This document shows positions 13,838-24,951 of a stretch of 64,000 nt of DNA, one piece after another. The notes beneath the pieces were generated by a model. That model was not told where the DNA came from, did no database searches, and saw only the letters and a list, made by a program, of their open reading frames with translations. The stretch's first letter is position 1. Every line of letters begins with the position of its first letter. This stretch comes from Tricharina praecox (taxonomy: Eukaryota), in NCBI RefSeq assembly GCF_024521635.1, contig NW_026250447.1, positions 1 through 64,000 on the forward strand. Reading direction: 5' to 3'. Both the position numbers and the translations under genes were made by a program.

Positions 13838-14896
13838 CTCTGGAAGTGGGATATGCGCGTGGGTGGAGCAATCGATGTCAGGGGGGTACATATCAGTGGA
13901 GGCAACTGAGTTCTATTAGATACTTGATGAAAACAAGAATCCTCGGCTCCTGAGGAAGTGAAGCGCACCCAGTACATTACGTGGCGTAGTGTGGCGCGGA
14001 TTCAAGTCCCTTCTTTTTTGACTCTACGACATATCACGGTGGGATCGCAAACGAGGGAGTGTGCGTAAGTGTACTTGACGCTTCCATTGATTGATTCCCG
14101 TAGCCCCCGCAACGGACGATGTCGAAGATGTGACGGTTCTGTTCTACAGCACAAACTGCGTGAGCTGGTAACAAGCAGGTTTTTGACTAGGGTGGGGAAT
14201 TTCCCAACCACACATCCACATTCCGAATTAATGTGGTGGTGATTGTCGATGGAGATATACCGGGAAGAGGAGGGTGATTTTGGGAGTTTCCAGGGATTTT
14301 CTAGGGAGGATACCGGCGCCCCGATATTTATATTCGAGTGAGCGGTGGTGAAGATACTTCTTTCGGCTCAGTATGGAGAGGTGTGGCTACCTATTCCATA
14401 TGTACTTTCGAGCGTGGTGGTATCATCCGGCTCGGAGTAGACTCCTTCCATTCATTGGGTGTCGAATTCCGTGGTTGCTTTTCCGAAAGCAATTCTTGCG
14501 CAATCTGTTCCATAGGCGTCCGACTCGGACCCCCGTTGTGCCCATTGAAGTACCGTAGAGCAGGATGGAAGTTATTCTTCAGAGAGTATTTACAGAGAGC
14601 ACTAGACGGGAGCGGCCGTGTTTGATGCCAACTTTCGGAAGCCCTTTTTTTCGAGTCGTATCGGCCCGGCCCGGCCTCGGGCAGTTTGTACCACATCCCA
14701 TGAGCAACGAGCAACGAAGGTCAAGGAAAGAAAGGATGCTTGACGCTCATGGACGGGATTTCCCCACCCGTCCAACTACATAAATGCACCTCGCCCGTCG
14801 CCAGAAGCGATTCTACTTGTGCTGTATTGTATCAGAACAGCCGCTCGACATCCAACACCAGCCAGCCGACGATACCTACCTACCTAGCTCGTAACA

Positions 14897-17345
14897 ATGG
14901 CCAACTTTGTAAATAACAGAGCACTGACCAACTACCGACCTGGCAATGGCGAAGTCGGCGACGACAGCGACGACGAGATGTATGGCAGCGACGACTCGGA
15001 CAACAGATGTATCTATGCGGGCCACACTGTGCCTGACTACGATCTCACGCAGATGCCAGAGTACGTGTTCCAGCAGAGACGGCTGCACCTCGAGCGTCCG
15101 AACGCGTTTACTACCATGAGGTGGCAGGACCGGTACACGAAGCAGCGGCGCGCAGAGGACAGGGACACGGCGGTGTGCCGGCGTCCCGCCGCCGACGACG
15201 ATGACGATGGAGACATCCAGTGCTGCCCCGACTGCGGCCGGGGTCACACACTGACCGATCGCCAGAGGATCGATCAGGCCGCTGAGGTGCTCGGCCTGCA
15301 CAGGGTGACGGCGGACGAGCAGGGCGCGGAGTGGGTCGTGCCGGGGATGAAAACGCCGTTGCTGAATCACCAGGTTCTGGGCGTCAGGTGGATGATCGAC
15401 CGTGAGATGGGCCAGACGCTTCCGAGGGGCGGATTGCTGGCGGATGGCATGGGGATGGGGAAGGTTCGTTTTCCCCGGCGTGGGTGCGTTTTGGAGGCTG
15501 ACGACAGCGGCGGCGTCGTGAAAGACCATGCAGGCTATCGCGACGATCTGTAGGAACTTACCTGACCCGTCGGCAGCGCCGCGAGGAAGACGGCGTGATC
15601 GTATGGTGCCCAGAGTCACACTCATCGTCGCACCACTCGCGGTGCTGGCACAATGGAAGACCGAGATCCAGCTGCACTGCGAGGCAGACTTGCTTCGAGT
15701 CCACATCCATCACGGCAACCACAAGCTTAAGACTGTGGAAGCATTTCACCGCTACGACGTCGTCCTATGCACATACCAAGCGGTCCTACACAGCTTCCCT
15801 CACCAGCTCGAGTGCAGACTCAATCCCGGCATGACCCCGCGCGAGGAGCGCCGGTGGTGGTCGCAGCGCGGTATCCTGCATCGCATCATATTCTGGCGCG
15901 TGGTCCTGGACGAAAGCCAGCTCGTCAAGAACCCGCAGGGACAAATATCGCTGGCCTGCCAGGCCCTCGAGGCGGTAAACACATGGGCGCTGTCCGGTAC
16001 GCCGATCCAGAACCGACTCGAGGATATTTTCCCAGTGATCCGGTTCCTGCGGCATCCGCTGTATGGAGCTGTGAAGGATTGGAGGACGTTGATGGGGCCT
16101 GCATTCGAGCATGACGATATTGGGAAGGCGATGAATGTCAGTCAGATCCTGAAGGGGTTTGTGCTGCGCCGCACAAAGAACGATACGCTCTTGGGGGACA
16201 AGCTGATCACACTGCCGGAGAAGCGCGTCGTCATGCTGAAGATACGACTGTTGCCGTACCAACAACGGGCATATACCCTTTTTGTAGCCGCAGGGCTCGC
16301 CGCGGTGAACAAGTTTGTCCTCGATGGATCTGTCAAGGCGAATGTGGTGGGTGTTTTGGCGATGATCCTGAGACTGCGGCAGGTCTGTAATCACCCGTAT
16401 CTCACCCGTAAGTCCATTTCCCATTCATGAGGGAATGCTTGGTTACCAATCGAGTCCCCATTGAGCCTGAGTGCGCGTCAAAGCCACGGAAGTGTCCTGT
16501 CGCTAGGAAACATATTGCTAACTTTCAGCGTCACACTGCAAGTGATTACCAATGGCAAGCCCATCGACATGATCGATTACCTGAAGCATCTACGGTACCC
16601 AGCCCGAGCACGATCTTCGCAAAACGGCCGAATCCGGTTCGTCGAGCGCAACGACCCGACCGTATTCGTGCACAGCTCCAAGACGCTCGCGCTGCTGGAA
16701 CAACTCGAGAAGTGGAAGAGGAGATATCCAAACGACAAGATTGTGATCTTTTCGCTCTTCACCAAGATGCTCGACATCGTCGAGTACATCGTGCGCAACG
16801 AGGGGTGGACGTGCCAGCGGTACCAGGGCCGCATGAGCATGGCCGAGCGGGAGGAGGCACTGAGCGCGTTCCGCGACCACGACCAGATACTGCTGGTTTC
16901 GCTGATGACTGGCAGTCTCGGCCTGAATCTCACGTTCGCGAACAGGGTCATCTGCTTGGACCTGTGGTGGAATCCGGGAGTCGAGCTGCAGGCGTTCGAT
17001 CGCGTGCACCGGATGGGGCAGAAAAAGAGGGTCGAGATACGCCGCTTCGTCACGGAGAGAAGTACTGAGATGCGCATGCTCGGCCTGCAGCGGAGCAAGC
17101 TGGCACTGGCCGTCACTGCGCTCGACGAAACTGGGAAGGATGAGGGGACGATCGCCGCGCTAGAATCGGGGCATTTGACCGAGGAGGAGTTGCTAAGTTT
17201 GCTTGTGAGTTTATGGTCGATCGCCATCACCACCTGTTCCTAGCTGACATCATTATAGGGAAAGATAGAGCAGAATAAACAAGGACGTCTGGAATTGGTT
17301 CCGTATGAAGGAGACACGCCGTTACAACAATTGTTTATATCATAG
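14897..17345 (+). CDS. SNF2-family ATPase (Rad5/Rad16/Ris1-like clade), apparently without a RING finger
   Basis: Motifs GGLLADGMGMGK|T (intron 15464-15524), TLIVAP, VVLDESQ, LSGTPIQN, LRRTK, LRLRQVCNHP, SSK, KIVIFS, GLNLTFAN, WWNP and QAFDRVHRMGQ. Last intron 17205-17258; stop TAG 17343-17345. Splicing between 16408 and 16528 is unresolved. Confidence 0.88.
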
Positions 17346-17559
17346 GTCTCTCCGTCAGAATCGATGGATGATATCTCCTAATTATTATCTACCTTCCCTT
17401 CTGTTTCCATAGGAGCGTGGAGTGCAAAACCACCGATGTGAGCGAAAAGGCGTCGCAGTGCGAGTGATTCACAGTGATGCGGTGTCCTAAGTACAACCTG
17501 GGGTAGGTACTTACGACCTGTGGAGGACTTTAGCAAGTAGCTTCGGCTGCGAATACAAG

Positions 17560-18025
17560 CGCAGAGACGCAAAGTACTCCGGTCTCAAAGATCCGAACGG
17601 GCAATAACACTATGCAGGAAAAGACAATACCCGCTCTCTGCTAGTCCTCCGCCTCTTTCCCTAATTTTTCCACACGAGATGCCATGAAAAGCGGGCGTGG
17701 CAAGGATCAGCGGAGGTGACCCCGGCTCCTCGACCTCAGCTCTGCCTCCTTTTATTCCCGCTCCGTGGGCTCCCAGTCGCCCACCTTAATTGTTACATCT
17801 TCCCCAGCGGTCTCTGGGATCCGCTTGTATGTGAAAGAGAGAGATCTTCCTGTTTTTATTTCGCATGCCGCCTATCTAGACTATGGCGAACCAACGAACT
17901 CCTTTCCTGCCTACCCTGGCCGCGCTTGTCTGTGAAGTAAGAAATATCGGTGGCAATTCTTAACCCACCGAGTGACATCGCGTGACCACGGAACAGACAA
18001 CTACATATGCGGGAAAGGCTCGATC
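17560..18025 (+). repeat. Dispersed repeat X, copy 1 (interrupted by the 87-bp insertion)
   Basis: Colinear similarity to the reverse complement of ~36336-36660, e.g. gtgaccccggctcctcgacctcagctc vs gtgaccccggtttcttgacctcagctc, gcaataacactatgcaggaaaa vs gcaataatactatataggaaaa, and a shared cccaccgagtga. Boundaries are approximate. Confidence 0.75.
17836..17922 (-). mobile_element. 5'-truncated retroposed LINE 3' tail (87 bp) with 14-bp target-site duplication
   Basis: Near-identical to 35510-35592. Flanked by cgcttgtatgtgaa (17822-17835) and cgcttgtctgtgaa (17923-17936). On the minus strand it ends aataaaaacaggaagatctctctct. Confidence 0.8.
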
Positions 18026-18612
18026 ATCCACTCGCTCATCCACACAAGTATTTGCAGAATCCCAATGATTTTTCTCATAGAACAGCTGTAAACAGGGCAG
18101 AGGCATACTGGTCGCGGGCGAGGTTGACTGATTCCAGGGGGAGTTGAGAATTCCTCGAAAATATCCCGTGTGCGCATCGGCATACTGTTAGTTTACCTAC
18201 TACATTGACTGTTTGGACTGCATGGATTGAATGCCATTTCCGCCTTGAACCGGGAACAAACACGGTACTCTAATATCGGCGTGGCACAATTGACGGCTGT
18301 AGTTACGGCTAGCGAAAACGGTGGTATCACGCTTCCTCTCGTAGCTAGGTGGCTCAAGGACCCAACTGTAGCGTACGGAAAACATCTCCAAGTTCACATT
18401 CACGTTCACGGCACGATCAAAAAGTTCCGATATGTACGATCCGGATCCCAGCAAAACTGTACGTACGTGTATTCCATTCCAATCCAATCCAATTCAAAGC
18501 CCAGCAAAACCGCAAAACCGCAAAACCCACGCAAACGCCTTTAAATCGACACCCGTAACCCAATACCCAGAAACCGTAACTACACACCCCACTATCCTAC
18601 GTCTATTCTATC

Positions 18613-21605
18613 CTACTTCGTCTTCTTCCTGTACGGTACTATTACACCCACAATACATCAGCATCACGCGCACCACACCACACCACACCATTACACCCTT
18701 AGACACGGAGCCACATACGCGGACTGAAAGAATAGGCGGCCTGCATGGGGTTCCCGAAGAAGGAACCACCGGGCGAGCTAGCCGTGCTCTCGACGGGGAA
18801 CGCGCGATTAAACGGGTTCACCTCGGGCTTGGCAATTTCCTGCGCGGGGACAGTGCTGAGCGGCGACCACGAGTACCCGCTGGTGGTGATGGTCGTCGCC
18901 GCCGCCTTGCGGCTGTTGATCGACGACGACTCCTCGTCCTCCTCGTAGCACTCCTCGCCCTCCTCGTCGGAGTCGTCGCCCGCATCCGCTGGGTCCTCCG
19001 CGTCAGAGTCGTCCGAGTCGTCCGAGTCGTGGTGGAGCGTGGAGCGGTCTAGGGTTGGGGGTTAGTCACGCTTCGACATCAGTGGACGGGGGGGTAAGTA
19101 CCGCATTTGACGCCGCGCAGCGCGCGCCCGGTCACCTCGAGGCCGCCGGCGAGGCTGATCCGCTTGTTCTCGAGCCGGTCGCGGCGCTTCTGGTCTTCGG
19201 GGGCTTCCTCGCAGACGGCGGCGATCGTCTCGTATGACATACGCACGACGCTGAGGGGTGAGAAGATCTCCCACAGATCGCCGACGAGCCGGCGCTCGAC
19301 CACGATCGTGGCGACGTTGTCGACGAAGGTTTTGTATGCCACCTGGGAATGTCAGTGGTATTCCGAGTGAGGGGGAGGAGCGGGGGGCGGGCGGGGGGCT
19401 ACCTTGTAGAATGCGAGCATGGAATCCAACGCCTCCTGACACGCATAGTCCTCCATACTCGCCTCGGTCGGTGTCGAGATGGCCTGCATCAACTGCGCCT
19501 TCGTCAACGCGGCGCCCGAGTTCGAAGACTTGTTCTGCTGCTGCAGGGCCGCCTCGATGACGGCCTCGTACTGCTCCTTCAGCCGGCGGTCGCGGATCTT
19601 CTGCACGTTCTCGGTGTAGTAGTGATTGTACGTTATCGCGTGTCGCCTCCTGTCGTTGAGCAATCCCTCGAGCTCCTTGTTCGCCCGCTGGAAGCGCTCG
19701 GCCATCTCCTGGTCGATGTGGTTCGCGAACAACCCCTCGATGACGTCGGGCGGGGCGACGCCGACCAGCGCCAACCGCAGGAACCCGTTGAGCTTGCGGT
19801 ACACCTTCTTCAGATGTCTCCGTGTAATCGCCTCCCAGCCCTTTGACTGCTCCCAGAACAGCTCACTGATCAGCAACGGATTGAACGTTCCGGGCAACTC
19901 CCTCCCCCTCCCGCCCAGCAGCAGCGGGCGCACCCACTCCATCGCCTGCGCCCTCGTGATCGCCTGCGGATACCCGTTCTGGCTGGTGATATCCTCCTCA
20001 TGCTCGACGATCTGCCTCGTGTGGCCCTTGAGCCGCATCTTCTTCGCAAAGTCCGCGCCGAGCGCCTGCACCTGCGCGCGCAGCCGCTTCTGCGAGCCCT
20101 CGTGCTCCTGCGTCAGCCCAAAGAACATGTGTTCGTACGTGCCCTCGACGGCGGACTTGCACAGGCCGCCAAAGACCTCGCTCGCGCGCAGCAGCACCAT
20201 GCGCTGCTCCTCGGGCGTCGTCCGTCGTGTCCCCAGCAGCTCGAGCTCCGCCTCGCACTCCCGCAGCGCCGCCACGATCTCCTGGTGCACGCGCGGCAGC
20301 TCGCGCTTGATGTGGTTCAGCAGCAGGACGCTGAGGCGCGAGCGCAGCGACTCGATGCCGTTATCGACGCCGCGCCACGCACCGCGCGAGAAGAACTCGC
20401 GCTCCAGCCGGTGGCGCTCCTCGAAGCTACAATCGCGCTCCTCGTAGTTGCGGTTGCGCAGGACGTGCCACCCAAGCTTGAAGAAGATATCCTTGTTCTT
20501 TGCCAGATTGACGAAATCCGACTCGCTCGCGCTCCCGGCGGAGAGCGTGTCCGGCTTCGTGATTATCCCGAGCGTGCGGGATCCTTCGGGGTCCGCCTCC
20601 TTCGCCCGCTTTAGCACGATCTGATTTGCGTAGTCGTTCTTGGCCGTGACGACCGCGAGGATGATGGTCCGCTGGTCGGTCATGTACCGGTGCACGAGGT
20701 CAGACACGATCTCGACGTCGTTCTTGTTGCCCATGTGGATCAGACCGGGGAGGTCGACGATCGTGAGCACCGGCTTGTCGGGTCCGGAGATCTACCATTC
20801 CATTCCCGTCAGCGCCGCACATTCCCCCGCCTCCAAAACCCCCCCGCCACATTCTCCCCCTCTCACTCTCTCTCTCACGCACGCACCTCAATACTAAGCG
20901 TATCCTTACAGAACGCGCCCTCGCCATCATCGATGCCCATGACAGCCTTGGCATCCTCGACGAGATCTGGCAGCTCCTCGAGCTTCTTGATTTCGCCGGT
21001 GAAGGCCTCGAGCTTTGCGCGGTCGGCGGAGTTGCGCCCGCTGTCGGGGATGATCTTTACGCGGGCGTGCGTGGTAGGCGACCGCCGGAGCATGATCTGT
21101 GTCGCGAAACGTGTGCAGAGGTTGTCCCGTCGTGGAAAGGGGATCTCCGTGATCGCTTCGAGGACAGAGGATTTGCCGGAGGATTGGTCGCCGCATACGA
21201 CTGGGGAACCGAACAGGGCAAACGGTCAGCTATCCATGAAATATCACTCTCTCCCTTGCCGGGGTGGGGCGGGGGGCGGGGTTTGTCATACCCAATTGCG
21301 GCAGCGAGACGAAATCGTTGACGCCATGGCTCCTCAGCTGTCAATCACCGTGTATCAGTCTCCCATTCCCCATTTGTTTGTCCCTTCCCCTCCCATCCCG
21401 CCGCTTCCACCCCGATTGCGCTCACTTTATCGATCTCATTAAGCAGCTTCAGCTGCTCCTCACTCTGCAGACTATTCAGTGTTCTCGTAACAACCGTCTT
21501 CCTGTCTCTCTCCCGATCTCTCCCAGGCGACGGCGGCGGCGTCCCGGCGGGCGTGGGCGCATCGATCGCGACAAGACTATTCGTATCTGAGAAGGAGTCC
21601 GCCAT
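18613..21605 (-). CDS. Dynamin-family GTPase (fungal Mx-like) with GED and an acidic C-terminal tail; about 7 exons
   Basis: G1 VVCGDQSSGKSSVLEA, G2 CTRFAT, G3 DLPG, G4 TKPD, then LGWHVLRNR, RGRELPGTFNP, ITYNHYY and AFYK|VAYKTFVDNV. Introns 21425-21338, 21291-21201, 20886-20792, 19402-19343, 19101-19049, plus a probable last intron giving a LPYRKKTK* end (otherwise stop at 18699). Confidence 0.92.
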
Positions 21606-22770
21606 AGTGTGTAAGTCTTGGTGGCGGTGGGGGTGGTGGTGGTGGTGGTGGGGGGGACGGGGTGAGTGGAGATAACGTCGGGAGGTGGGAGAGAATCCGC
21701 TGGCGGACGGGGTAGATATAGCTCGCACAGCACTATTTGCTGCTATTGCTACTGCTGCTGCCAGCGTCTGACGACACCCCACGACGGCCGCGGCGGGGTA
21801 GCTCGAACTTGCGAGCGAGCGGGGTTGCAGAGGTAGGGGTTTCGGGCCCTGCGGGCGCTGCGGGGGCGGGCGACGTGTCCACGCACTTCTGGCTGCTGCA
21901 GGGCGGTAAGGGCGTAGGTACATGTTACTATAGGCAGGATCTAGCCGCCGCGCAGGATACATGAGATGGGCGAGAGGACAACACACACTTGCACGAGTGA
22001 TATGATATAGGTGTATAGTGGTGTTTGGCCAATGGGCAACGCCGGAGCTGCGGCGAAGGTACGGGCCCATCTCAAAGCTCTCGCTGAATCCCCGCCGCGA
22101 GAGAGACCACGGGATCGTCTGCGCAGTGAGTGAGCTGTCGTGACGGCCGCGGACGGAGCGATCCACGCAATCCACGCAATCAGTCGATAACAGCACATAA
22201 CGCCACTGACACTGAGCGTTACTTGCTGCCGGGAAAGCAGGAATCACTGGCCCGCAGTCGAAGCAAACCACCCCACCCCACTCCCGACAGCACCGCCCCC
22301 GCTACGGCAGAATTCGCTGTTCAAAGCACTTGGAATTGTCCAATGACCGTTACTGCGGCCGTTGCATTATTGGCCGTTGCCGACGGTCGTAAGAAATCTA
22401 AAGTGGCCATTGAGTACCTCGCACATCAGCACCAGGGGGGAAGACCCGCCATTATTTTTCTGTATTCTTGACGAGTATTGCGGAACAAAGCACCATATCT
22501 CTCATTCTAGGTAGTCCGACCCGCACCCACACAAGGAAATTCGTGTCTATCAGCGTCTTACTGTTTTTTGTTTACCCAACCCCAGCCCAGCCCAATCCGA
22601 ACCAGCCCAGCCATCCCCCTCCAGTGAAAAGCCCCAAAAGAACAAGCCCGCAAGAACAAAGAAAATGAAAAGGAAAACAGAAAAAGGTAAATGAAATCAG
22701 CCGGACGCATACAACAAAGGCGTTCCATAACAGAAGAATGTGTTTAAAAAAGAAAATCGAGAAAAAACTT

Positions 22771-24951
22771 TTACACGTTTCCGGCGGCCAACATCTTCTT
22801 CCGCAGATGCGCCTTGTACTCGCCGATGCTGCCGGGCCACCTGCGTACGGTTCGGTTTTCGCACACGAGGATGTCCTTGGCGATCTTGTCGAGCAGTCTG
22901 CGATGTTCATCAGCACGTGAAAAAAGTAAAGCACGGGGAAGGGTAAGTACCTGAAGTCGTGGGACACGACGACAACTCCACCGGAAAACGCATTGATGGC
23001 ATCGGCCAACGAGTCGATGGTGGGAATATCCAGACCGTTGGTAGGCTCGTCGAGCAACAGCATGTTGGGGCTCTCAATGGCGAGGAGAGCAAACACGATT
23101 CTCGATTTCTGTAATAACGGGTATCAGCATCCGTGGGTGCATGCATCGACCAGCGAAGGGAAAACAAAGAATGAAAAAACGGGATGAAAGCTGCTCCATC
23201 CCGCAAGACACGTCACATAACAAGGGGGGATATCATACCTGTCCCTCAGACAGAGTTCCAATCAAGGCAGTCTGCGAATCTCCGGACAGACCGAACTTTC
23301 CGAGCTGCTGTCTCCAGTACTGGTAATCCTGGGAGCGGTCGGAGTACTTGTCCCTGACGAAGTCGAGAGCCGACTTGGTGAGGTCGAGCTGCTCGGCAGA
23401 GTGCTGGGAGTAGACACCAAGCTTCAAGTGAGTGTGGCGACTGACATTACCACCTGTGGGCGACAGCTTTCCGGTCATGATCCTGAGCAGAGTAGACTTG
23501 CCAACACCGTTGGGCCCAACGAGAGCGACACGGGAGTCCATGTCGACACCCAAGTCGAGGTTCTCGTAGAGGTTATCGGACTTCGTGCCAGAGTAGGAGA
23601 AGGTGACCTGGTCGAACGACAGGACGGGAGGCGGAAGCTTCTCGACGTCGGCGAAGCGGAAAGCGAAGACGCGGTCCTCGGCAACCTTCTGGATCAAACC
23701 ATCGGCCTCCATCTTGTCCAGAATCTTCTGGCGCGACTTAGCCTGCCTGACCAGATTGGCGTAGGTACCGGCGGACGCGATGAACTTCTTGATGTGGGCG
23801 ATTTCCTCTTGCTGCTTAGCGTACTGCTTCATCTGGTTGACTTCCTGCTCGGCACGGGTCTTGTGGTAACTGTTTTTTGTCAGCATGAAATAAAAAAGAA
23901 GCAGCGAGTGATAGAAGCTACGTACGAATCGTAGTTACCACCGTAGTAGAGGAGAGTCTTCATGCGCATGTCGATCATGGTGGTGCAGACACCGTTCAAG
24001 AAATCCATAGAGTGGGAGACGAGGACGAGGGTGTTGGTCCACTTCTTCATGTACTCTTCCAACCACACACACGCCTCGAGATCCAAATGGGCGGTAGGGT
24101 CGTCGAGAAGAAGAAGGGAAGGCCTCACGAAAAGCGCCTTGGCAAGAGCCACACGCATACGCCATCCTCCAGACATGTCCTTGGTCTTCTTCTTGATGGT
24201 GACCGGGTTGAAACCCAGACCAGTGAGAATCAGCGAGGCACGGGTAGCGAACGTGGACGGGTCCATCTGGTCGATACGCTGGAGAAAGGAAAACAAGGTC
24301 AGCGCAAGCGGTCAAGAGAAGGGATAAGATCATGTGTTCCGTTACCTCGTACAAGTGGTCAAGCTCAGGACTCTCATGGCCATCGTGCTCCAGGGTGTCC
24401 TCGGCCAGCTTCTCGAGACGGGCGAGCTCCTGCTCGGCCTGCTTGACGACGTACTCGAGAGCCGAGTAGTCGGTCGGCTCGGCGGGCTCGTTCAAAAGAT
24501 AGATATCGACGTGGTCGGGGATGGGGAACTCGCGCGCAGCGAGAGCCTTCAGCAGGGTGGACTTTCCGCATCCGTTTTCTCCGAGCAATCCGTAGCGACG
24601 GCCAAAGTTGATCTCGATGGTGGTGTCGTTGAACAGTACCTTTCCGTGGAACACAAGCGACGCGGATGTGATCTTGACGTCACGGGACGCCTCGAGCGAG
24701 GCCAACACTCCGGTGGTGACACGGTCCGAGATTCCGTCGTCGTCCTCCTGCAACTTGAGTTTCAGGAGCTTCGCGTCGACCTCGTCGTCGCCGTTCACCG
24801 AGGACGCAGCTGAGGTGTTGTTGGAGTTGGCCTGGCTGGCGGCTCTGCTCGCCTTGCTGGCGAGGGTCTTCTTGGGCTTCAATTCTTTGCCTTCTGCGGC
24901 AGCCTTTGCGGCCTTTTCGGCATCACGCTTGGCCTTCGATGCGGAGACCAT
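22771..24951 (-). CDS. ARB1: ABCF-family ATPase Arb1 (ribosome-associated); 5 exons
   Basis: Two NBDs: GENGCGKST / [12 protein letters not shown] / [12 protein letters not shown] and GPNGVGKST / LSEGQ|KSRIVF / [12 protein letters not shown]; no transmembrane segments. Introns 24345-24279, 23925-23870, 23238-23109 and 22950-22898. Confidence 0.96.

Noticed and set aside
14338..14783. Short overlapping ORFs upstream of the SNF2 gene
   Set aside because: No recognisable motifs; they may be a relic but cannot be supported.
16577..20614. Long antisense ORFs over the SNF2 and dynamin genes (and similar ones over AMS1 and the TF)
   Set aside because: These are shadow ORFs caused by GC-rich codon usage of the real genes.
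24090..24120. Walker B LLLLDDPT (D instead of the catalytic E) in ABCF NBD1
   Set aside because: As I recall, this variant is normal for fungal Arb1 orthologues, so it is not a lesion.
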